DNA of 54,619 nucleotides, filler included, from Squatina squatina (lineage: Eukaryota), in the NCBI GenBank assembly GCA_031763465.1. It is 4 parts of 4 records of this genome, joined end to end, with 100 filler letters (N's around TTAATTAATTAA, not from the genome) between each part and the next. Parts side by side here need not be neighbours in the genome. Positions count along the whole stretch, not along the records: positions 1 to 11,953 come from JARFOE010000194.1; positions 12,054 to 25,068 come from JARFOE010000192.1; 2 more parts are not named here. One strand, 5' to 3'. The notes under the pieces were generated by a model. That model ran no database searches. It was not told where the DNA came from and was given only the letters and a program-made list of their open reading frames with translations. Numbering within the stretch: position 1 is the first letter of the stretch; the number at the start of each line of letters is the position of its first letter. The position numbers and the translations under genes were made by a program. Below are positions 1 through 13,342 of this stretch, in pieces.

Positions 1-221
1 CTCCCCTTTTCCTAATCTGTCACCATTCAAATAATAATCTGCCTTCTTGTTCTTGCCACCAAAGTGGATAACCTCACATTTATTCACATTATACTGCATC
101 TGCCATGTATCTGCCCACTCACCTAACCTATCCAAGTCATCCTGCAGCCTCATAACATCCTCCTCGCAGCTAACACTGCCACCCAGCTTCATGTCATCCG
201 CAAACTTGGAGATGTTACATT
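1..221 (-). mobile_element. CR1-clade LINE ORF2 (RT) fragment
   Basis: The reverse strand reads ...NISKFADDMKLGGSVSCEEDVMRLQDDLDRLGEWADTWQMQYNVNKCEVIHFG, the CR1 RT (Y/F)ADD motif and downstream block. Confidence 0.9.
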
Positions 222-1819
222 CATAGGCATTCATTTGTAGGCAGACTGGGGCCAGCGGATCCACTCCTTCGATAATTTCCTGGGTTGGGAGGTTCAGTTC
301 CCAATTGTGGAATGTTGTATAGACAACTCCCACAATGCAGAGCAACAGGGGAAAAAACAAAACAAGTTGCCCTTTCGCCTCGGTGGCCACTCTGCACTGT
401 TGGTGGAAAAAGATATTCTACATGTGTGTTCGTCAATGACCCAAATCTGCACGTGTCTGCACAGCAGTCAGATAGTTGCTGCTGACACGCCAGTTGGTGA
501 GTTTGTTGTGCATCTGCTGTGCTCGTTTTCCACGTGGGCTCATACTTATACAAAACTCATGCAGTTGGACAAACAGACCAGAGCCTGACATGACTAGACA
601 GAGAAATTGTTTTTCAATCTGGACCCAAAATACCCCAGGACTAGCCTAACAAACTCAAAAGGAAACCCAAGTGTGAACAGCAATGATGGCTGGGATTCAA
701 ACTGGAGTTTCCTAGCCAATTGTTTGAAAGCTGTAATGGTGCGGAACGGCTTCACAGAGTTGTAGAAACTGGTGTTGTAGAAACTGCCACATTTCTATCA
801 CAGGACATCTTCCACAGCGCTTGATGTGCATTTAAAGATAATCAGAAAAACTGAAGGTATTTGGGGTTTTCAGCCTTCAAAAGGACGACCGAGGAGGGAC
901 CACATTGGCGTATATAAGATGGTAAACAGTATGGATAAATGAAATCCAAATTATGACTTGAAATTAAGCCATAACAGTAGCGCAAAGGGGCAGAGTTTCA
1001 AACTAGGAATGGCAATTTAGGACTGCTGCTGAAAGTTCTTCCCACTCAGCTATCAACACCTGGAATTGACTTTCAGGTAAGACAGAGAAGGGGATTCATT
1101 TAAAGCTGCTTTTATTGTGCTCTTTTATTTTAGATTTCAAAATATGGCCTCCATGAGCCAGCTCTTAGCATTTATGCTGTTTTAGTCCTGGATCTATGAG
1201 TCTGCCCTGGGCTGCAGAAAATACATTTAACATAAAAGTCGGGAAGCGGCTCGCGAGTGCTGGGTTCCTGGAATTCAAGTTAAAATATAAAACCAGCAGT
1301 AAGAAACAGCTGGACAGTAGAGCGAGAGATTGTAGGTTTTTCCTGGATGGGAAAAATTAAGATTGGTTGAATAGCCTTCTGCATTCGTATTTACCTTGTG
1401 ATCGGTTTGTGGGTGCAAGCTGCTACATGCAGCGTTGTCTTAAAATCCTTGATTGTGACCTTTTTTTTTGCCAGCACAGCTCCTTTCATCAGTTGCTGGG
1501 GAGCCTGTATATGGAGGGGGCGAGGCACGAGCACTTTGTGGCCATAAATGTCGCTGTCATTTTGCCTCCAATGGCAAGCATTTGTAGTGCCACCAGAAGT
1601 GTGCAGCAACATCAAGTGGGCACCAACAGTGGAGCGGACATCAGTGGATAAGCAAATAAGGTGTAATGCTGCCCAGTCCGTGCATTGTGTGCTGGCAGGA
1701 GAAAGAAAACATGCAATAATAGGATAACAAGAAAGCAAATACACCATTAGGAAGACACATTAGTGGAAAGAACTTGTAGTTTATCCAATTTTGAAATAGT
1801 TTCTAAAAGCCACTTTGCA

Positions 1820-2783
1820 GTGCGCCATCTTTCAGGTAGACGCTAGACCATAGGCCCCTCAGACGGACATAAAAGTTCCCATGGCACTGTTCGAAGAGGA
1901 GGGGAGTTATCCCCGGTGTCCTGGCCAATATTTATCCTCAACCAATATCACTAAAACAGGTTATCTGGTCATTATCTCATTATTGTTTGTGGGAGCTTGC
2001 TATGCATTTGAAGATAAAGACCTCAAACCTGGTACTAAGTTCATGGCAGTAGTGATACCTGCCTTCCTGTATGCGTCGGAGACATGGACAATGTACAGTA
2101 GACACCTCAAAACACTGGAGAAGTATCACCAACACTGCCTCTGCAAAATCCTGCAAATCCACTAGCAGGATAGGTGTACTAACGTCAGTGTCCTCCCTTA
2201 GGCCAAGATCGAGGCACTGGTCACACTCAAATCAGTTGCGATGGGCGGGGTCACATTGTCTGCATGCCTAATAAAAATAAAACTCCTGAAACAAACAGTC
2301 TACTCCGCGCTTCGGCACAGCATGCGATTACCAGGAGGGCAAAGGAAACGCTTCAAGGGCGACTTCAAAGCCTCCCGGAAAAAATGCAACATCCCCACCG
2401 AGTCATGGGAGTCTCTGGCCCAAGACCACCCGAACTGGAGGAGAAGCATCCGTGAAGGTGCCGATCACTTCTCTGGCGGGAGCACATGGATGCCAAGCAC
2501 AAGCAGCGGAAGGAGCGCGCGACAATTCGAGCATCCCACCCATCCACCCCATCAAATACCACCTGCCCCACCTGTGGTAGAGTTTGTGGATCCAGTATAG
2601 GACTATTTAATCACCTCAGAACCCACAACTCCAGAGCGGAAACAAGTCATCCCAAAGCCCAAGGGACTGCCTAAGAAGAAGTCGACGAAGACAACAGTGA
2701 CTACGTTTCATTGGCTGTAAAGCGTCTTGGGACATCCTGAGGCCCTCAAAGGTGCTATATAAATGCAAGTTCTTTCTTTCTTA
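1820..2783 (+). mobile_element. Deu-domain SINE (SacSINE1/AmnSINE1-like) split by an RTE insertion
   Basis: 1820-2000 carries the Deu core (cccatggcactgttcgaagag...tgtcctggccaatatttatcctcaacc...atctggtcattatctcatt..tgtttgtgggagcttgct). The element resumes at ~2690 (acagtgactac...ttggctgtaaagcg...tatataaatgcaagttctttctttc tail). Confidence 0.7.
2005..2690 (+). mobile_element. RTE-clade LINE 3' end (degenerate)
   Basis: Frames give AVVIPAFLYASETWTMYSRHLKTLEKYHQHCLCKILQI, QLRWAG, GGQRKRFK, WESLAQDHPNWRR and a terminal C2H2 motif CPTCGRVCGSSIGLFNHLRTH, then an (AAG)n-like tail. Several frameshifts. Confidence 0.85.
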
Positions 2784-3564
2784 CTATGTCTAGCCCAGGT
2801 TCCCTGTTCGTGTTCACGGTTTAGATGTTACCGGCTTGGCTGGGGCCCTCAGTGTTTACTGCCCAGACGCCCTGCACATTTGTAATTTGAAACCAGCTAG
2901 AACTCCAAGCTTAAAAAGCACTGACATTGTGGCAGCTTCAATTCTCTCGTGAAAGCAAAACATAGAGTGGGACTGTTTCCAATTTGCCTATTTTCTTAGA
3001 TATGCAGGACCTCGTTACTGCATGTTGTCAAAAAGTTGCAGAGAGTCCTGACACCAAGATAAGTTTCGAAAAGGAATACTGGATTAAACGGATGTGCGTA
3101 AGTTTAATATCTTTTTGCATTTGTACATAGTTGAAAGCAAGGCCTGAACCACTTACCTCATCAGTGTTAGGGCTTTAGGCTTTCCAGTGTTCATTATCAT
3201 GGCGCACACCACTTCCTCTCCTTAGCCCATTCTACTCAGAGTAAAAAACACTCGGAAAGTTTGAGATCAGTTTATTTATAACAGTGCCCCAATCGCTGGA
3301 AAACTTAAAAGGCTTTTTATTGCGCTGTAAAGAAGCATGAGCAATTTCCATCTAAATTAATCACGGTAAGTTTTTCAAAGTAATTGTCTTCAGACTATGG
3401 ACCTGATTCGGCTGCCAAAGTATGAATCAGGTCTCACAAATACATTCAATATGCTAGCAAAGGAATTCCTTAAAAATGCGTGAATTCAATGGATTAAAGT
3501 TGACCAAACATTTGCTAATAGGGATGGGAGCCTCATATTGGTAGCCAAATCCCAGTTGAAATTG

Positions 3565-5361
3565 ATTCCAGGTATGGAAGGGTTGTTTTATGAGGAAAGG
3601 TTGGGCAAGTTGGGCCTATACTTATTAGAGTTTATAAGAATAAGAGGTGATCTTATTGAAACATATAAGATTCTGAGGGGGCTTGACAGGGTAAACGCCG
3701 AGAGGGTGGGCAGCCAATTTGCTACTTAACGCTCACCGGAAAGTAGTGTTGAATCGGCGTTAGTCCTTGAATGCCGTTTTTTTGCCGCTAACTGCCCCAC
3801 CAGGTAACTAGTCGGGGCCTAACGCGGCGTCAACTCAGCGTATGGCACTAGGTGGCGTCGATTACATCATAAGTGCATGCAATGCTGAAAATGGCCGGCC
3901 ACCCCACAATTCAGGTAAGTTAGTAGCTGTTAAAAATAGCGGTGACACCACCCTGTCTTTTGTGGCGGTGTCACTCGGTGGGAGTGATTTCTTGTGGCTG
4001 TTAAATGAAAAAAACAGGCGCAATTTTTTTAATTTTTAAAAATGTTTAAATTGCTTTTTTTTAAAAACTAAAATGGCCTTGGAGGCATTGTGTGTGGGTG
4101 AAAAAGTGTTTTGCTAACACTAAAAAAATGTGGGTTTGTGTGCCCACTATTGATTTTTTTTAATTTGACTATTCGTCCAAGGAGGGGCTTCACTAATGTT
4201 GGAGTGGGAACGGAGGTACAGGGAAGGCGTCCTTTTGGAGCAGAGAGAGACAAGTCACATTGATATTTACCTTTGCCTGACCAGTTCACTTTGTGACCAA
4301 TCTGACTATGCGGCCATGGGGGAGCTTCACTAATGTTGGAGTGGGAACTCCACCTACACCATGAGGTAGGTGAGGTAGAGGGACTGCCTCCTTTTGGATC
4401 CGAGAGAGATGGGGGCACACCAAGATGATGCCAGGCAGCAGGCAGCACCAGCTGCTCATCATCAGCATGTCCAGCGACCCCTTCACTTGCCACAGCCAGC
4501 TACGTCACTGGTGGCACACGCCGCAACCCGGCATCACCCTCCGAGAGGTCGGACAGGAAGGTGACATTAAATGAGGTATGATCGGTGAGTCTTCAGACAC
4601 CAGGTCAGCAAGACAGAGCAGTGGGCTTTGCCAACATAGCCGGCTTCCCAAGTGTACAGGGTGCCATCCCTTATGTCTGCCAAGCACAGCACTTGACAAG
4701 ATAATCCCTCCTCACCCACTAACGATTTATGATTTGACTGACCAAAGCATTGCTTGTGTCTCCAGAATGAACCCCCTTAAGGGCTGAGGTGGTCTGGCGC
4801 TTGATAGCAACTCCTTAGATCTGTTGCAGAATTGGTCTGCTGAAAGAAACTAAGAAAATCAGTGCTAATCAGGGGCTGTTAGCGCTGAAATTAGCATGTT
4901 TTTTAAAGCTGCCAGAATTTTTTTTTCTATGTCCCGAATTGTAGGGCTTTAAGGGACAGCGCTGAAGCCGGAACTTTGCACTCAACAATTCATCCAATAG
5001 CGCCAGTAACTCAGGGAGGTCGAATTGGGCCCCCGATGTTTCCCCTCATAGATAAATCTAGAACTGGTCTCAGAATAAAGGGGTCACCCAATTAAGATGG
5101 AGATGAGGAGGAATTTCTTCACAGAGGAAATCTTTGGAATTCTTTTCCCCAGGGAGTTATGGAGGTGGAGTCATTGAATATATTCAAGGCTGAGATAGAC
5201 AGATTTTTGAGCAACAAGGGAGTGAAAGATTATGGGGAACAGGCAGGAAAATGGAGTTGAGGCCAGAATCAGATCAGCCATGATCTCATTGAATGACGGA
5301 GCAGGCTCGAGGGGCTGAATGGCCGACTCCTGTTCCTGCTCTTATTTCTTATGTTCTTATG
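3565..5361 (+). mobile_element. CR1 LINE 3' end interrupted by a DNA transposon
   Basis: LIPGMEGLFYEERLGKLGLYLLEFIRIRGDLIETYKILRGLDRVNAER (to ~3707) continues at 5035 (gatgtttcccctc...) and ends in the CR1 3'UTR with a ttcttatgttcttatg tail. Confidence 0.9.
3708..5034. mobile_element. Non-autonomous PIF/Harbinger-like DNA transposon
   Basis: Imperfect TIRs: GGGCAGCCAATTTG on the left and GGGGGCCCAATTCG (reverse complement) on the right. 3-bp flanks GGT/GAT. Removing it rejoins the CR1 sequence. GC/CpG-rich subtermini. Confidence 0.75.
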
Positions 5362-6308
5362 ATTCCTTTTTCTCCTCCCCCCTCCACTTCCCAACCAAGA
5401 CTGCAACTGCGTTGTGATGAACAATTGTTTTCACAAATTCTCTTTAAACCTTAAAATATATGAATGCAATATAGTGGGAAAAGATGAGCAGTCCTCTGTT
5501 CCAGTTAAAGATGCGCTTCGGAACTGCTCCAGTCTGACCTTTGGTTTTACAATTTCTTTTAAATCATTGTTTTGTTTCCCCCCACCACCACAATAAAATA
5601 ATGAAATCCAGCACTGCACTATTACAGAGAGACCTCAGTAATCTGTACGCCAAGCAACTGTCGTGCCTCATACTGTTTGAATTCTTGCTCAATGTGAGAC
5701 AGCCTCGCCGCCCAATCCCCTCAGAAACAATGCTCATCATTTGTTCCTCACACATCTTCCATATATTCACCCTTACAGACTGAAGATTCAGTCTCTTGGA
5801 TTCCTATATCAAGATCATGTCTGGTGAGGTCAGCAATCCTTTCAATGTACCTCACCCTCTAAGCAGTGATTTCTGCTTGTTGCCAAATCTAACTGAACAG
5901 CACGAGACTCTCTAAGCATTTATATTGTCAGTATAGCACATTTTTATTGCAAAAGGATTACGTTTTCGGAGAATACTTAGTTTCGTATCGAGAGGCACAA
6001 TATGCTACGGATCCAGAGATAACAGGGTCCTAAACCACTGAGACATTTAGTTTCCACAAATGTAAACACTGTTAGCTGTTCATCTAACTATAAGCACCTA
6101 AAATTCTCTCTCGTAAACCTCATCAAAAAAAGGTATGTCAATTTGTTGTTACTGCTTTATTAACCATCTCCTCATCTTTAGATTCCCCCTATGCTACTGC
6201 CCCATTATACGAGCAGGCAGGCAACCTGTTGCAAGGCATTTGCCAATGTGCGTTTCCCTAAACAGTGCAGGAAAGACCTGGGTGACTTTCCATCACTCTG
6301 TCGTTCCC

Positions 6309-6537
6309 TTACATAGGACATACAGCACAGAAACAGGCCATTCAGCCCAACCAGTCCACACCAGCCTTTATGCTCCACTCCAGTCTCCTCCCGTCTTTCC
6401 TCATCTAATTCTATCAGCATAACCCTCGATTGCCTTCTCCCTCATATGCTTGTCTAGCCTCCCCTTAAATGCATCTATACTATTCGCTTCATCCACTCCT
6501 TGTGGTAGCAAGTTCCACATTCTTAACACTCTCTTTG
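6309..6537 (-). mobile_element. CR1 LINE 3' end
   Basis: acataggacatacagcacagaaacaggccattcagccc...aagttccacattct is the reverse complement of a CR1 3'UTR and ORF2 end. Confidence 0.8.
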
Positions 6538-7224
6538 TAGGAAGGGACTTTCCCTCTACTGTGGATCTTTAACAACCAAACCAAGGTCATTATGTAAGGA
6601 AACTGTGGGCAGAAACCAATATCTGACTATTACTGCCAGCCCACGTTGCAGAAGAGCCCTCAGTCATTGCAAAAATGTAATCTGGTGATACGTTTTCTTA
6701 GATGCAAAAACATTCTCACTGGCACCTTAAAAAAGGTTAAGAATAAACAGCGTAACTAGTTAACTAGTGTAACTAGTTGAAAGAAAGCCACCTCTTTCAT
6801 AAAATATTTAATATAATGTCCGTCAGTCCTGGTTTCAAGACTCCCAGGACTCCCAATCAAAAGCTGGTATATTTGAAACTGTAACAATAGAGGCGGAAGG
6901 TTCCATTCATGCAGAATACCCTTTGATCAACATCTGCATAAATCTATTTCGAGAGACTCTCCACATAACCTCAACAGTGGAGACAACTGATTTTTTTTTT
7001 AAACCAGGCTTTCGAAGAATTTTGATAGAACTGAAGATTTTAGTTCCTATATAGACTTTTAGCTCTTACTAAAGCTGCCTGGATAGAACCAAAGGAAAAT
7101 ATTAGTAAAAAAGATAACTCAAGTCGCATCTCAAATTTGATTTCTATGAATTCCACATAAATATGATCCTAACCTAAAGAAAGCTCACTTCTAACAAAAA
7201 ATGCATCTAAAGCGCGAACGTATT

Positions 7225-8014
7225 GGCCCGGAATTTACAGGGCTTATCGTGCTTACGTCGTTGTAAGTGTTGTGAATGACCCCGCAAGTTCCGGGTTTAT
7301 GCATGTGCTGCGCATGTGCGAAAACCCAGAACTTGCGATCTGTCAAGTTTATCCTTCACAGATTGTACCCATCCGCTGTAAATTCACTTTCGTTGGCAGA
7401 GAGTGGGGCTATTTGCCCAAATACTGCCCAGTGAATGCCCACCAAACTCTTACACCTGGTAAAAGCAGGAGTTTGTAGGGATGTGCTGGAAATTGTAGGT
7501 TTTTTACCAGCATAGGGGTTTAAATAAATGTTAAAATACATTTTTTTTTTAAATGGTTTAAAGCTTCACTTACGTTGAAAATTAGCTTAGGTTATTTTTG
7601 TCCCATTTAAAAATGTTTAATTTTTTGAAAAATAAATTAAAATTTTTATTTTAGATGTTTAATTAAAGGGTAATTTAATTAATTTTGAACCTGTGATTAT
7701 ATTTTTATTTCAGTGTTGTGACATTGCCTTTTTCAGGTGATCTCTATTATGTTTACGGGGATTCCAAACGTAAATGGAATCCCCATGAGTATAATAGGAA
7801 TCCCCCTTTGTCACTGGTTGGCCTGACCCACCTGAACCCGGAACGCTTCCGAACTGCATGCGTCCCAGGAATGCGTGGGCCTTTACGCAGGCACACGCCT
7901 GCAGACCCAGAACCGCAAGAGTCTGAAGCTTGGGAGGCACAAGGTAAGTGCGTAGTTTTCTTGTGGTTCGGAGGCGGACATGGGCAGCAAGCCTCCGACT
8001 GCAATTTCCAGGCC
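7225..8014. mobile_element. MITE / non-autonomous DNA transposon (Harbinger-like)
   Basis: Inverted termini (ATT)GGCCCGGAATTTACAG and, on the reverse strand, (ATT)GGCCTGGAAATTGCAG. GC-rich arms around an AT-rich core at ~7520-7710. No coding capacity. Confidence 0.7.
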
Positions 8015-8589
8015 AATGTTTTAGCCTTAGATTGTAAAAGGTAACATTTTACCCTTCTTTGTAGAGCAAATTATAGGAAAGCTCAAGCGAGATAAAGTCT
8101 TCCAGTTTTAAAATGGTCAGCTGCAAAAAAAAAGCATTCCAATGCAATTTAAAGATTATTCTTCCACAGACCCTATCAAATTTGCCATATGGTAGAGCCC
8201 GAGAGAACTGGTCCTATCCTTCCTCAAAGGAAGTTTCACAGCAACTAATTTCTGTAATGTAATGTAAGTATCTTTGACATGTACATGACTCGGCTATATA
8301 TAGAATAACGGAAGTACGGGGTGAATTGTAGATATCTATAATGTTCCCAAGTTTGTTTTGGCTTAGTACACAAGCCCACAATCAACAAGGGACCCCATGC
8401 ACTTCCAATTTCTCCTCCACTGTTTGTCCTCTTGTAGAATACATTGGTTGCTTCTCACGAATAGACTCAGAGAAATGGCTATGGGGATGACTGATTAATT
8501 AGCGAAAATAAACAAATGTGTCACATCATAGGCAAAACATTGCACAAGACATTTAACATTGGATGTGCAAAATGAGAGAAACACAGCAA

Positions 8590-9290
8590 GAAACATAGCA
8601 ACAGGACTAGATCCCTCGAGCCCGTCCTGCCATTCAATTAGATCATGACTGATCTTAACTCCATATGCCCACCTTGGTTCCATAACTCTTAACACGTTGC
8701 CTAACAAAAATCTATCAACTTCAGCTTTTAAATTTCATGAAGAAATGTTTCCTGACATCACCCCTGAACATCTTAGCTCTAATTTTATGGTTAGATCCCC
8801 TATTCTGGACTCCTCTGCTGGAGGAAATTGTTTCTCTACATCAACCCTAGCAAATACTTGCCTTAAATGCCTCAATTAGATCATCCCTTAAGGGAACAAG
8901 CCTAGGCTATGCAACTTGTCCCCATATTTTAACCCTTTTAGCCCCTATAACCATTCTGGTGAATCTGCGCTGCACCCACTCCAAAGCCAATATATCATTC
9001 CCGAGGTGTGGTGCCCAGAACTGAACATAGAACTCGAAATGTGGTCGAATCAGACCTTTACATAACTGTAACATATCTCTGAGTTCCAGTCCCCTTGAGT
9101 TAAAGGCCAACATTCCATTAGCCATTTTAATTAATTTCTGGAATTGTTCATTAGCTTTTCATGATTTCTTGGACTTTAGAGATACTTGGACCCCTAAACC
9201 TCTCTGCTCATCCACAGTTCCTCGCTTCTCGCCATTTAGAAAATACTCTGATCTATCTTTCCCAGGTCCAAGCAGATGACCTCACACAAA
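8590..9290 (-). mobile_element. CR1 LINE 3' portion
   Basis: ANGMLAFNSRGLE..LIRPHFEFYVQFWAPHLGNDILALEWVQRRFTRMV (CR1 ORF2 C-terminus), with the 3' tail near 8590. Confidence 0.85.
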
Positions 9291-9599
9291 CATAGCTCAC
9301 ATGTAAATGCCAATGACTCTATTTAGGTTACAAGGATTTAATTTAAGAGAAAATACAGAATTCTCACTCAATTATATTAACTTCTATGTTTGAACCCAGC
9401 CGGGTTCTGGTTTCGTTCTCAAATCCATTAAAGCAGATTTTGCTAAGTCGGTCTATTATTCACAGCCAGTACAAAGATATCACCGGCTTGATATTGTGCG
9501 ATATCATCGTTTCAGGTGTGCGGTGATTCTGGAGCACACGATTCAGAAATAAAACTGTTTGCTATCTGGGTTGGCCCAAGAATAGCAAAGAATAGTTAC

Positions 9600-11940
9600 G
9601 ACCAGTACAGGTTCACAGCACAGAAGGAGTCTATTTGGCTCAACATGTCTGTGCAGGCTCTTTGCAAAAACAGTGCAAAACTATTCCCACTGCCCTGCTC
9701 TCTCCACTCTTCATCTGCTTCAAATAATGTACCCACTTTTCCCCTAAATTATACAATGGTCTTTGCTCTGCATTGGTTGGATATGTTAAGTCCTTGAAGA
9801 CTCTTTGTTCTCTTTCAGCTTCAACCTTAGTCCTTTCCACACTATTGATAGAATATGTGTCAACCATTGTTTCTTCCTATGTGCAGTATTTTACACTTGC
9901 AAACTTGATCTTCCATTGATCTGTCCATTTACATACTTTATCCAACTCATTTTTGTTATTTTGGCATTTCCTGCTGCATTTCAACTGTCCCTGCTAGTTT
10001 GGTATCATCTGTAAATCTGACTAAACCGCACTGAGTTTCTGATTCCAAGTCATTATGGTAAACTAGAAATAGTAGTGGTCCCAACACCAATTCCTGTGAC
10101 ACCCCACTCAATACCACCCCCACTCCTGACGTAGCTCCACTCACAACTAGCTGTTGTTTTCTATCCTTCAGCCGGTTTCCTATCCATTCCCATGATTTAC
10201 CCTGGATCCCCAAAGCTTTCGTATGGAGCTTTGTGAAAAGCCTTTCGAAATTCATGGGTAGGGTTTTCCACAGCCCAGTTCAATTGTTCACAAAGAAATC
10301 AGGCAGGATCATCCCCCTTTTGAATCCATGTTGACTGCTGTTTCTTTGGTTATTTTTGTAATTATATTAATTTTACCTCACAATAAATTCAACTATTTTA
10401 CACCTTTTTTGAATAAGTGAACCATGTTAGCCCATTTCTAATCTAGTAGTACCTCAGAAATGTCCAGTGACTAATCATCTTCTCCCTGGTCTCTTATTGC
10501 TCTGGGGGATTACTTGTTTTGGGCAATTTAGCTTAGCTCATACTTCCATCTCATTCATATCTAAGTCATTAATTTTGTCCATGTTTTCTCTGTTTGGGCA
10601 AGGCATGTTGGTCATTCCTTATGTACTAACAGGAAGTAATCTTGTGATCGTCCTATGTTTCAAGCTAATTTGCACTTTTTATGGCTCTCACCTCTTTTCT
10701 GACTGCCTTCTTATTGCAGAAGCACTGAAAAAAAATCTCACTGCTATGTTTTACCTCTGCAGATATACTTTTTCTCCCCTCAGGTCTCACTTTGCGCCTC
10801 TGAACATCCTTTTAATGTTCCTATAATTATGCCAATGAATTTCTTCCTCTTTCTGCAGGATTTATAGAAGTCACTTTTCCTCCTTATTTCGCTTTTGATT
10901 TGTATGTTAATCTATTTAGGGCCACATTTGTGTAGGCTGTCAAGGCGTGTATTTATCTTGCATGTTCAATATTAGGCCTTTCAAAAGGTATTCTATTTGT
11001 TCTCTATTGAGTTGCTGTTGAACAACTTTCTCCAATCAATGTTTAAAATGTTCCCTCATTTCTTAAATATTTCCCCTTTAAAGTTAAATAACTGGCTCCT
11101 AGTCTTTGATATTTCTGAATCCCAGATCATGTTGAATTTAATCGTTTAATGGTTGCTGTCCCCCAAGAGTGCCAGAACTTCCATTTTCTGTACGTTATCT
11201 GGATCATTTACAAATATGTAGCACGGTGAGCACTACCTCTCGTGGCTTCCCTGATGCACTGGGTCATGAAGCAATCATGCATTACATTTATGAACTCTGA
11301 TTCTAGTTTTCCCAATTTATATTTGCTTGATTGAAGTACCCATTAAAATATCTTTCCTGTTTTTACATACCCTTCCTATCCTTCGATTGATCAGACTGCC
11401 TTCTTTTTATATTGATTTAGTAGCATAACTCGAGAGCTTGGATGCTTTTGCATTGGATATGTCTAACTCCAGTAGTTCAGTAAGTAGCTTTCTGCCTCCC
11501 ACAGGATCACATCATTTACCTCCCAGGTGTCCCTGACATATAGAACTGCACAACCTCCATTTCTGTTCCTTCCATCTTTTTTGAATAGTCTACACCCCTA
11601 AATGTTCCATTTGTTACCATCCTCCAGAGTGAAGTCATGTTTCGGATATTTCGACTGCACTGTAGTTTCCCGGTGCCTCAATAGCCTCCAGTTCTGGCAT
11701 CTTACTTTGAATGGGTCCAGTATTCAGACATGTACAACTTAATGGAGATTTGCCGACTTTCATGGGCCCCCATTGTCTGTTGTTTCCTCGTCTCTGACTC
11801 ATGTATTTCTCTCTGAGCTTCTGTGTCCCATTTGCTTTCTCTTAATATTATTTTCTCTCCGGTGCTCTGTTCCCATTCACTGAGCAAAATTAGAATGTAT
11901 CCATGGTCTTCAATCCCCGACACAAATCCCATTCCCTAGT
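9600..11940 (-). mobile_element. Old, heavily decayed CR1 LINE (RT and endonuclease remnants)
   Basis: WIGNRLKDRKQQLVVSG...SGVSQELVLGPLLFLVYHNDLES...VRFTDDTKL at 9956-10255, QHGF-like sequence at ~10320, and endonuclease-like remnants further along the element. Confidence 0.7.
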
Positions 11941-11953
11941 CACCAACTCCATC

Positions 11954-12053
11954 NNNNNNNNNNNNNNNNNNNNNNNNNNNNNNNNNNNNNNNNNNNNTTA
12001 ATTAATTAANNNNNNNNNNNNNNNNNNNNNNNNNNNNNNNNNNNNNNNNNNNN
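11954..12053. other. Artificial scaffold-joining spacer
   Basis: N44-TTAATTAATTAA-N44 (stop codons in all six frames), exactly 100 nt. Confidence 0.97.
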
Positions 12054-12865
12054 AATCAAGGCAAACCCAAAGATGTTTTATAAATACATACAGAGCAAGA
12101 GGACAACTAAAGAAAGAGTAGGGCCTATTAGGGACCACAAGGGTAACCTGTGTGTGGTTCTGAATGAATACTTTGCATCCAATTTCAAGAAAGAAATGGA
12201 CAGTACAGACATTGCAATCAGGGAGGAGGAGAGTGAAATACTAGATAAAATTAACATAGTGAGAGAGGAAGTATTAAGGGGTTCAACATCTTTGAGGTGG
12301 ATAAATCCCCAGACCAGTCTGCCTAACCTCGGTGGTTGGAAAATTATTGGAAAGAATTCTGAGGGACAGGATAAATCTTCACTTAGAAAGACATGGATTA
12401 ATTAGAGACAGACAGCATGGATTTGTTAAGGGAAGGTCACGCCTGACTAACATGATTGAATTTTTTGAGGAAGTTTCAAGGAGGGTCGATGAGGGTAGTG
12501 CATTTGATATAGTCAATATGGATTTTAGCAAGGCTTTTGAGAAGGTCCCGTATGGGAGACTTGTCACAAAAGTAAAAGCCCATAGGATCCAAGGCAAAGT
12601 GGCAAGTTGAATCCAAAATTGGCTCAGAGGTAGGAAGCAAAGTGTAATGGTCGATAGGTGTTTTTGTGACTGAAAGGCTGTTTCCAGTGGGGTTCCTCAG
12701 GGCTCAGTATTAGGGCCCTTGCTTTTTGTGGTATATATCAATGATCTGGACTTGAATGTAGGAGATATAATTAAGAAGTTAGCAGATGATACAGAAATTG
12801 GCTTTGTAGTTGATAATGAAGAGGAAAGCTGTAGACTGCTGGAAGATATCAACAGGCTGGTCAGG
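12054..12865 (+). mobile_element. CR1 LINE ORF2 (RT) fragment
   Basis: VGKLLERILRDRINLHLERHGLIRDRQHGFVKGRSRLTNMIEFFEEV...MDFSKAFEKVP, SGVPQGSVLGPLLFVVYINDLD...KLADDTEIG. Stops and deletions present. Confidence 0.93.
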
Positions 12866-13342
12866 NNNNNNNNNNNNNNNNNNNNNNNNNNNNNNNNNNN
12901 NNNNNNNNNNNNNNNNNNNNNNNNNNNNNNNNNNNNNNNNNNNNNNNNNNNNNNNNNNNNNNNNNTTCCGTTGGTGGATTTATTAATGGGTTCCTCTGAG
13001 ATTTTTAAAGATGTTTTTGTGTTAGACAAAGCATAAATTTATAACTGTACTCTTTAATTATTTACAAGAATAATGTAGAGAAGATTTAATGTGGTATGTG
13101 AAGAATTGACACAATTGTGTGTATACATGTGATTGGCTAGGAGGCAATCTAATTAAACAAGTGGACTGAATGTAATGGGTCGGAAGATCTTTATACTCAG
13201 AACCCATTGCAGTAGAGCCCAGCTTTTCCATTATTTCAAACTTCATGTCCAAACAGACTTTTAGCCATCTGGCCCTGGTATACTCAGTCTAGTGTAGATG
13301 GCTACTGATGTGATTAGCAGACAACCAGATCATGGATACAAA

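Noticed and set aside
221-590. Overlapping 66-110 aa ORFs
   Set aside because: No recognisable homology or splice structure; consistent with chance.
6753-6778. Three copies of TAACTAGT, containing the palindrome ACTAGT
   Set aside because: A short tandem slippage with no spacers and no other support; not a CRISPR array or a defined regulatory array.
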